64,000 nucleotides of DNA, taken from the NCBI GenBank assembly GCA_951406725.2, contig OX597819.1, positions 104,160,001 through 104,224,000 on the forward strand, given 5' to 3'. The position numbers and the translations under genes were made by a program. This DNA is from Octopus vulgaris (lineage: Eukaryota). The notes beneath the pieces are model-generated. The model saw only the letters and a program-made list of their open reading frames with translations. It searched no databases and had not been told where the DNA came from. Shown here piece after piece: positions 1 through 14,770 of the stretch. How positions within the stretch are numbered: position 1 is the first letter of the stretch; each line of letters opens with the position of its first letter.

Positions 1-23
1 CAACGCCGGGCGATACTGCTAGT
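1..23 (+). mobile_element. Possible 3' terminus of a Helitron-like element (rest lies outside the window)
   Basis: CAACGCCGGG...CTAG|T resembles the right hairpin arm plus CTAG terminus of non-autonomous Helitrons; the left arm is not visible. Confidence 0.35.
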
Positions 24-189
24 ATATATATAATAGGCTTCCACACAATTTGCGTTCATTATAGTAGAAAGCACTTGACCAAAATAAATGGTAAAAGATG
101 TTTTCTCAAACTGTCACATAATGGGATCGAACACAGGATCTAGTGATTGCGAAGCGAACATCTTAACCATCCGGCCATATTGCGTTCTC

Positions 190-260
190 GACAACAGCAG
201 CAGCAGCAGCAACATCATCATCACATTCATCATCACCATCACCATCATCATCACCATCAC

Positions 261-337
<77 letters not shown>

Positions 338-345
338 ACAACAAC
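190..345. repeat. Compound (CAG)n/(CAT)n/(CAA)n microsatellite
   Basis: Direct reading; produces the poly-H/I/M/D ORFs. Confidence 0.95.
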
Positions 346-3300
346 ATCGAACTCACGAGCTTCAGCAGCAGTGAATGCATGAAACGATATGTTTGCTGGA
401 GGCTGGTCAAACGCCCACTTCCCTAAAAATATGCATATGTATGCATAAGGTAACATATGCCAATACACTCATGCATGCATGTATTTACGTATGTGTGTGT
501 GTGTGTGTGTGTGTTTTCTGTGTATCACGTATATTTGTCTTTTCCCACCTCCACCACAACCACCACCACTATGACATCAGTAGCATCGATATTGTCAATT
601 TATGAGAAATGAAATCATACAAGTAGAAACTTGCAGAAAACCTCCTCAGGTTAACTTTATGAATAATAAAGACCAAGCTGGAACATTTATCAAACTTATC
701 TTTTCTTGGCCCTTTCACATCTCACCGAACCTCACTGTCTGTATATATGTCTGTATGTGTATTTGTGTATGTGTGCATTTGCAAATTTGCGTATGCGTAT
801 GCGTCTGTGTGTAGATGTGTATTTGTAACTTCCACTTCTTATGAAACCATGCATATGTATATATGTTTGTGTTTGTGTTTGTGTGTGTGTATGTGTGTGT
901 GAGTGTGTGTGTGTACGCGGAGGTTTTACAGCTCAGCCTTCCACGATGTTTGTGTCTGTGCATATGTATACGTATTTGTGTCATGCGCATGTATATGTCT
1001 GTGCATATGTATGAATATACATGTGTGTATGCATATGTGTTTGTGTGTACATATATGCATATGTATTTGGGTATGCATAAGTGTGTGTGTGTGTGTATAT
1101 GTGCATATGCGTATATATTAGATATCAGCATACGTACATGTATGTATGTGTGCGTGTGTGTGTATGTATGTATGTGTCTGTAAATGTGTGTCCGTATATA
1201 TTTCTGTATATAAGCGTATGTGAATCTGTATTTGTATATGCGTTGTTATATGTACCTGTGAGTGTACGTGTGTGTGTGTGTACTTGTGTGTGTGTACTTG
1301 TGCCATTCATTTCACACCAAATCATATCTGTCTGTATATGTATGTATATTTGCGCCTGCATGCGTGTATGTGCGTTAGTAGGTGTGAGTATTTGTGACTT
1401 TTACATCTCACCAAACCATGTATGTGTATTTATGTATGTATGCATGTATGTAGTAAATTGTGTTCGTGTCTAGATGTGTGTTTACGTCTACGTGTCTGTC
1501 TGTATATTTTTGTGTGTGCATGTGTGCGTATATTTGTATATATTTGTACGTATTTATGGTTTGCACATCTTAGTAAACCCTTTGTTCCTCTGTGTGTGTG
1601 AGAGAGAGTTTGTGTGTGCGTGCGTGTGTGAGTGAGTGAGTGTGCGAGAATTTATGTGTTTGTGGGGCGTGTATAATTGTGTGTATATATGGCCTCTGTA
1701 TTTATGTTGCTTTGTGTTTTGTGAGAGTCTGAATACGTGCGCATGTTTAAGTATCACTATGTGTGATACTGCGTGTATATGTATATAAGTATATGTGTGC
1801 ATGAGTCAGTGTATATATGTCAACTGCATTTGTTTCTGAGTGTGTGTGTGTGTCTTTGTGGCTTTCCTTTATGTTTCTGCGTGTGTACGACTTTATGGGC
1901 ATATATATGTATGAATGTCTCAGTGTGTTATTTTGCATTTCTGTTGTATGTTTGTACATGTCTTTCAAATGTGAGAAAACCACATGACGTATATGACTGT
2001 CTTTTTATGTGTGTGTGTGTGTGTGTGTACCTACTTGTATATGTGTGTGTGAGATCTTTGTATGCACATGCATGTATATACCTTTTACATATAACCGTAC
2101 CATGTACAGCGTGCATGCTATTTTTGCACGCATACGTGCATTTGATATATGAATGCGTGTGATTGTGTGCGTCCGCGCGCGTGTGTGCATATGTAGGTAC
2201 CATTTGGTAGGATATTTTTTTCAGCCATGAGGATTTTTCTGGCCATAGAAATTCCAAGCCAAGTCGTCTCCTTAGCATTTCTACGGCTGGAGCCGCGAAA
2301 TGCTTTTACCATTATCGTCCATCCCACCCGAAAGAAATGACTGCATTATCTCATGAATCAACTTCTATCCTACCTGAAGTTGTCATACAACACGTGACAA
2401 GAAATATAACCTTACTGTGTACCGCTAAAGCAACAAAGTTTTTCCTTGTAACCGCCAAAGAAAAGGTGTAACACATTTCTCACCGATTTCATACATCGCC
2501 AAGGATTTGTTTGCATTCCAATATTTTCATGTTCAAATAGTTATTTCCTTCTTTGCTAACTTAAATTTCAGACGTTTACTTTGCATAGAAGCAGTATACA
2601 TTTGGCTCTGTCTTGTGGAACATCAGTGAAGAACACGACTGTTATTAAGCCGGGCCCTGACCAGCCCAGCATAAAATTAAATATTGATGCATCTTAATTC
2701 CAATGTTTCATTGAACTTGATAATTCTGATGCCACCCATCTTCATCCCAGGATATGGATGCTCATCCTTATTCCATAATTGTCTTTTTAAAATTCTATTA
2801 AGTGTCTTTACGCTCTTCTCACTCTCCAAACTCAGTTGGGAATTTGCTTTCACTGACCACTCGACTATGAGCAAGTTACTAGAATTACATGACTTCTAGC
2901 AAGGGTTTGCATCAGCCTGCAATGACATTGGCCATGTCATGACATAACAGAGACCCCCTACTCGACCATATAATGCTCAAAGTCATGTCAGTGCATACTG
3001 TACTATGATGAAAGCAATTCGTCATCGTTGTCTTTTATGTTGACTAACCCTCATGTTTCTTCGTCTCGAAAATTGAAGGATTAGTCTGTGGACAGGTGTA
3101 CGCACTAACTAATCTGGTCTCTTAGAAATAACGCGTATTTTATTACATGCTCTCCCTTGCCTGATGTAGAAGGTTTCTCTTCATTATCAGCGAGAACTGC
3201 ATTTAGATGTTCTAAAAGAAAAAAAAAACATTTATCGCTTTGACAGTACACAGGTATGTCACTTTCTTTCTCTATCGCTTCTGTGTAACACTTTTTGGTA

Positions 3301-4252
3301 GAGAGGCATTTGTTTTTATCATATACTACTGCCAAGCGGTCTTTCTATTGTTTAAATGCTTCATGTGCAAAATCCGTCAGTTGTAAGTTATGTTTGTAAA
3401 AGATGAAATATTCTTTTATTTTATGTGTATGGTCGTCCATTGTCTATAATGCTAAAAAAGTTCTTTCGACTGATCTTATTAGAATTATCTCCTTTGCATG
3501 GTATTTTTGAAGCTAAAAACCTTTAGAGGAGGTGTTTTCATCTACTTATTGCTTGGATAATCTCATTGGATCGAAGTTTTACCACTCACTGAATCTCATA
3601 TGTAAGGATCTTCTAAATGTGTATTTAATCGGCAGAATGCTCTATGGCGATACTTTTCCTCAGCCACATTTTTGTGACATTCTTATTACTGTCCACCTTG
3701 TATTACCTCCCCTTGCTGTCTCCTATCTCTGTTTTATTCATCACGTATTAGAGTTGCCATTTATTTTATTTCTGGTTTTACTTTATTCTATGACTTGACA
3801 AGACATTGAGTAATAGATATTCCAACCATGACCAAACTATCTTTTTAGAAATAAGTACGAAGGTATTATTCAATATATTCTTTCCTTATTTAACTAACAT
3901 TGGGTGTAATTGAAGAAAACTCGACTGTAATTTCTTGCTCGACTACTTGCCTCATAGAATTACTCTCAGGTGTCATCATGTGCCAAAATTACTATCGTTG
4001 CTGCAGTATTGTTGTCGCTATTGTTGATGGTAGTGGTCATGTCTTTGTTATTGTTGGTGCTCACCTAATTGTTAATGCAAATATTGTTATAGTCAATTAT
4101 CTATTTTATATTGCTGTTCTTATTGTAGCTATATTGTATATTATTGTCGCTGTCGTTATAACGTTGGCTTTGTATCCGTGTTACTGTTCTGCGAGGTCTT
4201 GATGCCATTATTCTTGTAGTTGTTGTCGTTGTTATTGTTGTTGTTGTTGTTG

Positions 4253-4361
<109 letters not shown>

Positions 4362-4392
4362 CATCATTATTGTAACTGAGCTACTTGTTGTT

Positions 4393-4452
<60 letters not shown>

Positions 4453-5619
4453 TTTTTATTGTAACTGAGCCATTTGTTACTGTTGTTACTAGTTTTCTTG
4501 TAATCGTTCCTGTTATTGTTGTTGTTCTAGAGTTGTTTTTGATATTGCTGCTTTCGCTATTTACTGTCGCTATTATTTTCACATTATTATTATTATTATT
4601 ATCATTCAAATAATTTTATTTTTTAACATTTGATGATGTTGTTGATGTTGCTTTCTTTCTTTCTAGCTACCGTTGCTGATGTTGTAGTCATCGCTGTTGT
4701 CGTTGTTGTTGTTGTTGTTATTATTGTTGCTGTTGCTGATGTTGTCGTCCAATTGTTGTCATTATTGTTCTCTACCAGAACCAGTTACTCTGTTCCATTG
4801 TGGTTTGTTATCTTACATCACAAAGGACCACTGCTATAGTTTAGCATCCAATTGAAGTTATCTCGTTTTCAATATTTCTTTAACGTTTTTTTCCTTATTT
4901 TTGTTGTTCTTACCATTTTCTGCTTTTTTAAAAAAAAAAAAAAAAAAGCTTTCCCGACCCACCTTCCTTCTCTCTCTTTTCCCTTCCACTAACCTCCAGT
5001 CCTTCACCTCCTTCAATAACACAAACAATTACATAAAAAGGCACAACGTTATTCCTACAACATCAACAACATTAACAATAAATATTCTGCAAAAAAGTGT
5101 TTCCAAACAAAAAATAAAAGAAAAATCATCGTTCCGTTCCACCCCCTCATCACAAACAAAGAGAGGGGGGAAAACGAAAGAAAAGAATTATAATCCAACA
5201 AGAAATCATCAAACAAACATAATCATCAAACAAACAAACATACAAACAGAAAACAGAAACAAAATAGACAAACACTCAAAGTTTGGCAGAATTGTTACGT
5301 CAGATAAACCAATGGAAGTTTTGTGGTGTTTGGCAATGGTTTGGCGGTTAGAAGGTTAGATGTGGTAGCGGTGATGGCAGCAGCAACGGCAGTGATAGTG
5401 TCGTTCTTGTTGTTGTTGTGGTGGTGGTGGTGGTGGTGGTGGTGGTAGGAGGTGGGACGGAATGAAGGTATAATCGTTAAAAAGAAGAGAATGAAGGAGG
5501 AGGAAAAGGAGGGGACATTTACTCTAGCCAACAACGAACTTATATTCCATGAACTCTTGTAGCAAATGAATCTTCATATGGCAGTTTCCTCTGGAACTTG
5601 AAGAACTTATCACTGTTGC

Positions 5620-5678
5620 ATTGTTACTGCTGTTGTTGTTGTTGCTATTAACATTATTATTATTGCTATCATCAGGAC

Positions 5679-5753
<75 letters not shown>

Positions 5754-6230
5754 CATCATCATCATCATTAGTATTATTATTATCATCATCATCATTATTA
5801 GTATTATTATTATTATTATTATTATCATCATTATTAGTATCATTATTATTATCATCATTATTAGTATTATTATTATCATCATCATTATTAGTATTATTAT
5901 TATCATCATTATTAGTATTATTATTACTATCATTACTATTGTTATTATTATTGTTATTATTATTATTATTACTATTATTTTTTCTTATTGTTGCTATTGT
6001 TGTCGTAGAGGTTTTTATTGGTAGGATCTTCATCATGATGATGGTCATCATAACCATCATCATCATGAGGATCATCATCAGCATCATCATCGTCATCATC
6101 ATCACTATTGTTTTGTTGTTGCTGTTTTTGTTGTTATTGATGTTGATGTTGTCGATGGTGTTGACGTTGATGTTGATGATGTTATTGTTGTTGTTGATAT
6201 TGATGCTGTTGTTGATGTTGGAGTCATCAT
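5620..6230. repeat. Compound (TTA)n/(TCA)n/(TTG)n low-complexity tract
   Basis: Direct reading; stop-free frames give poly-N/L/I ORFs. Confidence 0.9.
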
Positions 6231-6737
6231 TGCAATTGAATAAGGTTGATTTCAACAAGACTGTATTTTTTGACTGCCGTTTCCAGCCAAACTCCACTCT
6301 TTCCTTTCCTGCCTCCTCCTGCATCTTTATTTCTGTTTTTCTTTCTCTTCCTCTCTCAACATGTATATATCTCACTCTCTCTCCATCCTTCAATAACCGC
6401 TCTCTACCTCACCTACAACTCTCTGCCTCTCTTTTTGACTCTTTGTCTCTTACATTCTTTTCCGCTTTAACTCAACCCCTTTGTCTCTCCACCTCTCACT
6501 ATTCCTCGCTCTTTCCCTTTCCTCCTTTCTATCGTCATCTCTCTCTCTGCCCTCTCTCCTACTCCGTATCTCTCTCCCCCATCCCTCTCTGTCTTTGACC
6601 ATTTCCTGTCACACATAGTTCTTTCATGTTATTGCTCAATACCAGCAATTATTCACATATATATGTGTGTAAGTATGTGTCATAATGTATACGAACACAA
6701 AACATACATTTATATACGCATGCACGCACATATATGC

Positions 6738-6781
<44 letters not shown>

Positions 6782-6955
6782 ATGTGTGTGTATATATATG
6801 TACATACATATTCATATATTTGTATATATATTAAAATTATTTATTTATGTTTATATATGTGTACGTATGCGTGTATGTATATGTATATATATGTGTGTGT
6901 GTGTATATGTATATATATATGTGTATGTATATATATATATATATATGTATGTATA

Positions 6956-7039
<84 letters not shown>

Positions 7040-7985
7040 CATATATACACACATACATATAATTTTGGGAAAATTTGTGTTTTTTCCCCGTTTTCATTTT
7101 TCTCGGTATCGTTTTTTTTTGCGATCTTTTGTGTCTTCAGCCATATTCTTTATTCCTGTCTCTTATTTTGTTACTTTTCTCTTAACCAGTGTTTGTCTGC
7201 CATTCCATGCCACCATACGCTACACCATTCCATGCCACCGCTCTCCACACCATTCCATGCAATTCCACACCGTTCTATAGCAGAGAAGGACGGTCTTATA
7301 ACAACCTACTGACCTTCAGGGTAAAGTGTCTTCATATCTTCCACTCTTGCAGTTCACATCATTAGTCCGAGCAACGGTGTATTTTTTTTTTAAGAAGTCA
7401 TTGTTGTTGTCAATGTTGTTGTTGTTGTCGTTGCTGTTATTGTTGTTGTTAACGAGAGACATGCTGTTCAATGGTGGCGTTATCACATTCATAGAAACTA
7501 CAAACAGAAGTAAACAAATAAACAAAACAAAACAAAACAATACAAAACAACACAAGCTCTGAGACAGTCAGTCAGGTAGACAGGCAGACAGACAAGGGGT
7601 GTCATTCTTCACATATGGGGCTTCCAGTTGTAGTACTTGTAGTAGTGATGGTGGTGGTGGTGGTGGTGGTGGTTGTGCAGAATCTTCAGTGTCTTTCGCC
7701 GTGGTCGTGGTTGTCATCGTCGTCGTCATCATCATCATCATCTCCTCTTCCTCATCCTTCTCTTCCTCCTCTCTTCTTTTCTTCTTCTTCTTCTTCTTCT
7801 TCTTCTTCTTCTTCTTCTTCCACTCCTCCTATACTTTTACCTCCTCTTATTGGGGCGTTATACATCATCTTTCTAATAAAATGTTCTTTTTTCAATCCTG
7901 TCTTCAACTCGATTCTGTAAACCATCCCACAATATTTTTTTTCTAATGTCCTCCTCCTCGATCGTACTTTTAGCAAATAAAAAAG

Positions 7986-8041
<56 letters not shown>

Positions 8042-8984
8042 CAAAGGAATTGCGTACTGGGTGGCCAGCCACATTCAGAAAATGGGCTGAAAGGAAGCTG
8101 AAACTTTCTCTAAACGGTTGGGCTAACTAACGCCTACATCATGGCGCGGGATGATGCACTACCGTCTGATTGTGCCTTGCGTCAAGAAAAAGAACATGAC
8201 TAGATTAGAACACAAACTCTTTCGTTTTTCGGGAAAGCGATGATTCCGCTGGTCAGGAAGTGTATTTGTCATTGACACTCACACAAGAAGTTCTCAGAGT
8301 GCTCTAGCTGATGATATGCTGGCACGCGCTGAATCTGCTAAATCTGCAGAGACATCAGGACGTCAATAACATAACAGTGAGCAAATGTGATCGTTTTTTA
8401 TGAGACTTCTTTCCGAAGCTCGTTTGTTTGACTGAGTTGCAATCTTGGCTTAAGCGCAGACCGAAATTGTGTGCTTGGCATCTAGGAGCTCAGTACAATC
8501 TACCCTCCAGCTATGTGGTTGGTCCTTTGCTTGGTGGTTACGGCAGAAAAAAATATGAGATGGGCGTAGGTAAAAAGTTTGAAAGCAAAGCTTTTCTTTT
8601 CAGTTTCAGATCTCGCCAATTTTGGGTAACACTTGAAGTGGAATGCGAGAAAAAAAAAAGAGTGGTGGTGCTGCCTTCCTGTGTAAATTTTATGAAAGCT
8701 GGGTGTGTTTGAGGGTGGCGAAATGAGAATGGTTAGGCTGATATATTTTAACTTTATAGTTGCATGTTGGCGGCAGTGTACAATACAGCTGGCCACTAAT
8801 CACGGGCAAATATGGCTTGATAACTTGTATAACACACTTTCTCTTATTGTTTTAGGTGCCTACATCGCTGTGGCAAGACATGCACTCCTCGATTCTTTCA
8901 CATTTGAACCAGCAGAGCATCAAGGATGTGATAACTGGAAGGAGAAGACCAACAATCGATTGGTATTCAGTTTCAGTAACCAAT

Positions 8985-9090
8985 GTGAAACGAAGTGTCT
9001 TGCTCAAGGACACAACGTGGTGCCCTCTCCAGGAATTGAACTCATGAACTCATGATCATATGCCGAACACTCTAACCACTAAGCCACCTG
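8985..9090 (-). mobile_element. tRNA-derived SINE head fragment (family D, CORE-like motif)
   Basis: Minus strand GTGGCTTAGTGGTTAG (A box), GAGTTCAATTCC (B box), TGTGTCCTTGAGCAAGACACTT. Confidence 0.7.
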
Positions 9091-9244
9091 TCTTCATAGG
9101 AGAAAGCAGTTATCTTCGGTGTGCAGCAGTAATTCAGGGTTGCGTACAGGTCTCTAAAAATCTCTTTATGAAGTTGTTCACCTTTAAGGAATGCTGTTTT
9201 TTCCCGTTATTTTGTAATATTTTATTGTTATTATACCTTAATGG

Positions 9245-9480
9245 AGAAGGTGTGTGGACTAGTCGTTAGGGTATTTTCACCCACAATCGTGAGGGCATGG
9301 TTTCAATTCTTGGACCGGAAGGTTTGTTGCCTTCTGGAACAAAACACTTCACTTTACGTTGTCCTTGTCCATTCAACAGCAAATTAGAAACCCTACGATG
9401 GATTGGTGCACCGTTTAGAGGGAATGTTGTGATCTATGCTGTAGAAACTGGATAACTTATCCTATGAATCCTCGGAGTCG
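9245..9480 (+). mobile_element. Degenerate SINE family D copy
   Basis: Decayed A/B boxes and AAAACACTTCACTTTACGTTG, similar to 60192-60520. Confidence 0.55.
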
Positions 9481-9715
9481 ACACAGTAATGTCCCAGGGA
9501 TTGATGACGATGATTTCTTTACCATTGTTCTTCATTGATAATGCTGAACCCAGAAAAAACTCCCCACTTGCCTATTGGTTATGTATTTCGTCCTAAAAGT
9601 TAAAGAGAAATCTGATACGAATATAGTAGCAGTAGTAGTAGTTGCAGAAATGGCAGCAGTTTAAAAAAAGTACTAGTAATTGTAGTAGTAACAGTGGTTA
9701 TAATGATGATGATGA

Positions 9716-9751
<36 letters not shown>

Positions 9752-9794
9752 CAGCAGCAGCAGCAGCAGCAGTAGCAGTAGTAGTAGTAGAAGA

Positions 9795-9896
<102 letters not shown>

Positions 9897-9946
9897 GGTG
9901 GTGGTGGTGGTGGTGGTGGTAATGATAATACTATTATTATTATTAA

Positions 9947-10525
9947 GGCAGCGCTCTGGCAGAATCGTTAAAATGCCGGACGAAATACTTAGCGGTGTTT
10001 CGTCTGTCTTTACGTTCTGAGTTCAAATTCCGCCGAGGACAACTTTGCCTTTCATCCTTTCGGGGTCGATTAAATAAGTACCAGTTACCCACTGGGGTCG
10101 ATATAATCGACTTAATCCGTTTGTCTGTCCTTGTTTGTTCTCTCTGTGTTTAGCCCCTTGTGGGTTGTAAAGAAATAGGTATTTCCTCTGCCGGTACGCT
10201 CTGAGTTAAAACTCCGCCGAAGTCGACTGTGCCTTTTATCCTTTCGGGGTCGATAAATTAAGGACCAGTTACGCACTGGGGTCGATGTAATCGACTTAGT
10301 CCGTTTGTCTGTTCCTGTTTGTCCTCTCTGTGTTTAGCCCCTTGTGGGTAGTAAAGAAATAGGTATTTCGTCTGCCGCTATTTTCTGAGTTCAAATTCCG
10401 CCGAGGTCGACTTTGCCTTTCATCCTTTCGGGGTCGATGAATTAAGTACCTGTGAAGCACGGGTGTCGATGTAATTGACCTATCCCTACTCTCAAATTTC
10501 AGGTCTTGCATCTATAATAGAAAGG
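9947..10525 (+). mobile_element. tRNA-derived SINE family B, internally trimeric, (ATT)n tail
   Basis: TGGCAGAATCG A-box-like start; B box GAGTTCAAATTCC repeated at ~183-bp period; ends AGAAAGG(ATT)n. Confidence 0.85.
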
Positions 10526-10582
<57 letters not shown>

Positions 10583-10698
10583 GTTATTGTTATTGTTATT
10601 GTTATTATCATTATTGTTATTGTTATTATTATTGTTATTATTATTGTTATTATTATTGTTATTATTATTGTTGTTATTATTATTATTATTATTATTAT

Positions 10699-10772
<74 letters not shown>

Positions 10773-10774
10773 TT

Positions 10775-11320
10775 GAGTGAGAGAGCAGTTCATGCCATCA
10801 AAGTGACACTGGGGTAAAATATACGAAGCCCATCATGACTACCCATCTGATAAGGGTACACCAGGCACATGCATCACAACCATATGTGCGCGAAATGGTG
10901 ATCTCATATCAAGATAAACAGCACATGACCTTGCAGGTGGGGGCCAGTTAGAATTTTCTTCAGGTTGAGTAGCCCATCCCGCTCAAAAGGTCCCTGAATA
11001 AGGGTTGTTTAAGGATGCTGAACGAAAAACCCATGTTTCTAGAGGTGATTTATTCAAACCCCAAAGAATCTCTCTCAACACATGGCTATGATGCTCCCCC
11101 ACTATTTCTGCTCGTGATCAGAGATGCACATATCGTCAGCCACTAAGGGACTTGCTCAACGGGTTAAGGTCAAACAACTGACAAGCAAATCTGTAGTATT
11201 GAGCAGAATATTTGCTGTAGCCCATCTTTTATACCAAGACAAAACAATGTACATGATAACACTTCCAATCAGTTAAGATCAGAAGCCATGAGAGCCACTG
11301 CTTGGTACTGCATCAAGGCA
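10775..11320 (-). mobile_element. ~550-bp non-coding interspersed element (family C) embedded in trinucleotide repeats
   Basis: Highly similar to 36422-36976 and 47438-47992; strand inferred from the (AAT)n tail. Confidence 0.9.
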
Positions 11321-11332
11321 TTTATTTATTAT

Positions 11333-11400
<68 letters not shown>

Positions 11401-11401
11401 T

Positions 11402-11621
11402 ATTTCTTTATTACCCACAAGGGGCTAAACATAGAGGGGACATACAAGGACAGACAAAGGGATTACATCGACCCAGTGCGAAACTGGTACTTTATTTATC
11501 GACCCCGAGAAGATGAAAGGCAAAGTCGACCTCGGCGGAATTTGAACTCCGAACGTAACGACAGACGAAATACCATTAAGCATTTCGCCCGGCGCGCTAA
11601 CTTTTCTGCCAGCTAACCGCC
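11402..11621 (-). mobile_element. SINE family B monomer
   Basis: Reverse complement of the 9947 head and first unit. Confidence 0.85.
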
Positions 11622-11622
11622 T

Positions 11623-11713
<91 letters not shown>

Positions 11714-12320
11714 TAAGTAATAGAGCGCTAGCAGCAGTATTGGCGAGGGCTGTATCGAATGATATTGGTAGAATTTCTGATATGGTCGTAGTAGTTATTT
11801 AACCTCAGTTTAGTCCTGACATACCAGACGTACGAGGTAAAGCCTACCAACCGTGATTGTCTCGTCGATATATACAACAAAGACTGAAGACGGTAATATG
11901 TGATCTCTGGTAAATATGGTTGCAATTTTAATCGGATATGCAACTGTATTGAAGCTCCTCCTCCATACAGCGATGTTGTGGTGTTCATGCTGTATTCCAG
12001 GAAGCTATATTACATAGTCATCTGGAGTTGGTTTCATAAACGCATTTAGTTAATCTTATTTCTTCATTTTCAGGTTCTTCTTTTTTTGTATTCCATTTTT
12101 TTTGCATTTATTTATGGATTACACAATTGATGACGATGAATGTTTGGCCCCTCCTCCTCTGTCTACTCTACTAGCTCCTCCTTTTCTTCTTCTTCTTCTT
12201 CTTCTTCTTCTTCTCTTCTTCTTCTTCTTCTTCTTCTTCTTCTTTTTTCTTCTTTTTATCTTTTTCTTTTTCTTTTTCTTTTTTCCTCTTCTTCTTCATT
12301 TTAAAGCCTTACTTTTTTGC

Positions 12321-12380
<60 letters not shown>

Positions 12381-12475
12381 CTCCTACAATTAATGCAGTA
12401 TGTATGCATGTATATATGTGTTCATATGTATATACAAGTTTGTGTATATATACATACACACATATACTGATACAA

Positions 12476-12517
<42 letters not shown>

Positions 12518-12903
12518 TTATACATATACGTATATATACACACACATATGTAAATGTATATTTATTCATTTGTGCTTCTATACTTCTCATTTTATTTAGC
12601 TCCGTATTATACATCGCTTACAGGAAAAATGTTGGCCATCAATGGACACAGAGGCTACTCCGTCGCCTCTTCCTTCTTTCACTATTATTGTTATTATCCT
12701 ATTTTTTTTGTTGGTAATGGAGGAGGGATTACTTTTATTTCCAGGTAAAAGAATGCCAAACACAAGTCAGATCACTTGTTCGAATCTTGGACGAAACAAT
12801 AAATAAATAAAACAAGAAACTAAAAAACTAAAAATGCTAAAGCAAATTCACACATAAAAACTCCAATAAAACTCATAAACACACGCAAAAGCACAGTGGC
12901 ACA

Positions 12904-12963
<60 letters not shown>

Positions 12964-14599
12964 TGACACACACGGAAACACATACACAGTTACACACTCC
13001 CATACATACAGTCACAGAAACACATACACTTACATGAAAATATATCCACACTCACACATACGCAATTACATACTAACATATATATAATCGCAGAAACGAC
13101 ACACATAGACACGCACACACATGCGCAAAAGCGTTCTTACTCACATAGTTACATAATGACACTGATGCAATCATAGAAACACCAGCGTTTACACAAAATC
13201 ACATTCACACATACATAGTCACATATTGACACGCATACAATCACAGAGAAATACACACATGCGCGCACACACGCACGTATACACATACATATACACAAGC
13301 GTACGCACACACATACAAAGCCACTCACACAGATATGCAGATCGGTCAATGAATATTATGGCTGTTAATGGCGGGTGGACTAAACTATGCAATACGTGGC
13401 AGTTGAGGTAGTGGCGTTGGTGATGGTGGCGGTGGGAATGATAGCGTTGGTAAGAGGCATGGCGGTTGGCGGTATAGAACATTTGAAGGGCGGGAAAGGT
13501 CAACAAACTGTTATTACAACACCAGTGCCACAAAAAACGACCCAAAGAACGCAACTGTTTTGTATAAGACATCAGTTGCATTGTTCTCTCTTTTGCTAGC
13601 CATTATAATGGTTATTCCATCTGGCCATTCATTCAACAAACAATGACAAGTGATAGTGGCCTTTTTGCAATTGTGCTCACATCAAAAGAACTTCAACAAT
13701 AGAAAGAATAAGGTTTGTTGTAAAGTAATGTCTACGTTAGTTTACTTGTGTTTACCGAAACTTCTGGTCATGCAATAGGCTGGCTGGTAGAGCTGGACGA
13801 TTGGTCGGCTGGTTGCATAGTTCATTTGTATGCGGTTACTGTTGTTGTTTTTTTTCTTGAAGATGATGTTGTCATTATTGTAGACTTTGTTATTGCTGTT
13901 GTTGTTACTGTAGTTTTTGTTGTTGTTACAGAAGATTTTGCTGTTTTTCTTGTTACTATTGTTGTTACTATAGTTTTTCTTGTTGTTTTTGTTGCCTTTG
14001 TTTGTGTTTGTTGTTGCAGCAGTAGTTTTTGTTGTTGTTGATTTGATGGCTATTGTTAATGATGGCCAATGTTGCTGGTGTTGTGATTGTGGTGACGGTG
14101 GTGGTCTTCGATAAGTGAACGATGGATGGTAGTATGGAAATGGCGGAGGTTTGGTGGGGGTCTGTACTGATGATGGTGGTAGACATCGACAAGGCAGTAA
14201 TGATGGCGATGGTGTGGTACACACGGTAGCGATTGGTGGCGGAGTTGCCTGTTGTGTTATGTAAGGCTGGTGATGGTGGTGGTGGTGGTAGGTAGAATCA
14301 GGAGGTGGGGATTTGGTGCTTGTACAATGTAATGGTGATGGTTCTACTTAGAGTCAGAAAAAGGTGGGAGGAGGTTTTGGTGGTGGCTGTAGTGGTGTTG
14401 GTGGTCAGATTAAGATCTAGGTGGTGGGGATTTAGAGGGATTTGATTACTATTTCTATCAGCTAGGTTCCTTGGCACGTGAAGGCAACACTGATTTGGGA
14501 ATAAGCGTGTGCATGTATGTGTTGGTATGCAAGTGCGCGCGCGTGCGCGTGTGTGTGCGTGCGTGTGTGTGAGTCTGTGTCTATGTGCGTATGCTATTT

Positions 14600-14770
14600 A
14601 GTTTATTTGTGCAGGAAGGCCGAACGTTTAAGAAGTTTACTTCACAATCATGGTGCACCGGGTTCGATCCCTTTCTAGGGCGTCTTAGGGAACATGTCTT
14701 TTACAATACTCTTTGATCAATCAAAGCCTTGTGAGTGAGAATCAAAAGACGGAAACTGTGGAAGATCGTC
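14600..14770 (+). mobile_element. Degenerate SINE family A head
   Basis: GGTTCGATCCC B box and AAAGCCTTGTGAGTG...GACGGAAACTG shared with 58275-58681. Confidence 0.55.

Noticed and set aside
88-468. Poly-His/Gln/Asp ORFs resembling transcription-factor low-complexity regions
   Set aside because: Pure trinucleotide microsatellite open in several frames on both strands; no domain or splice support
5524-6598. 289-aa and 325-aa ORFs
   Set aside because: Translations of (TTA)/(TCA)/(TTG) repeats
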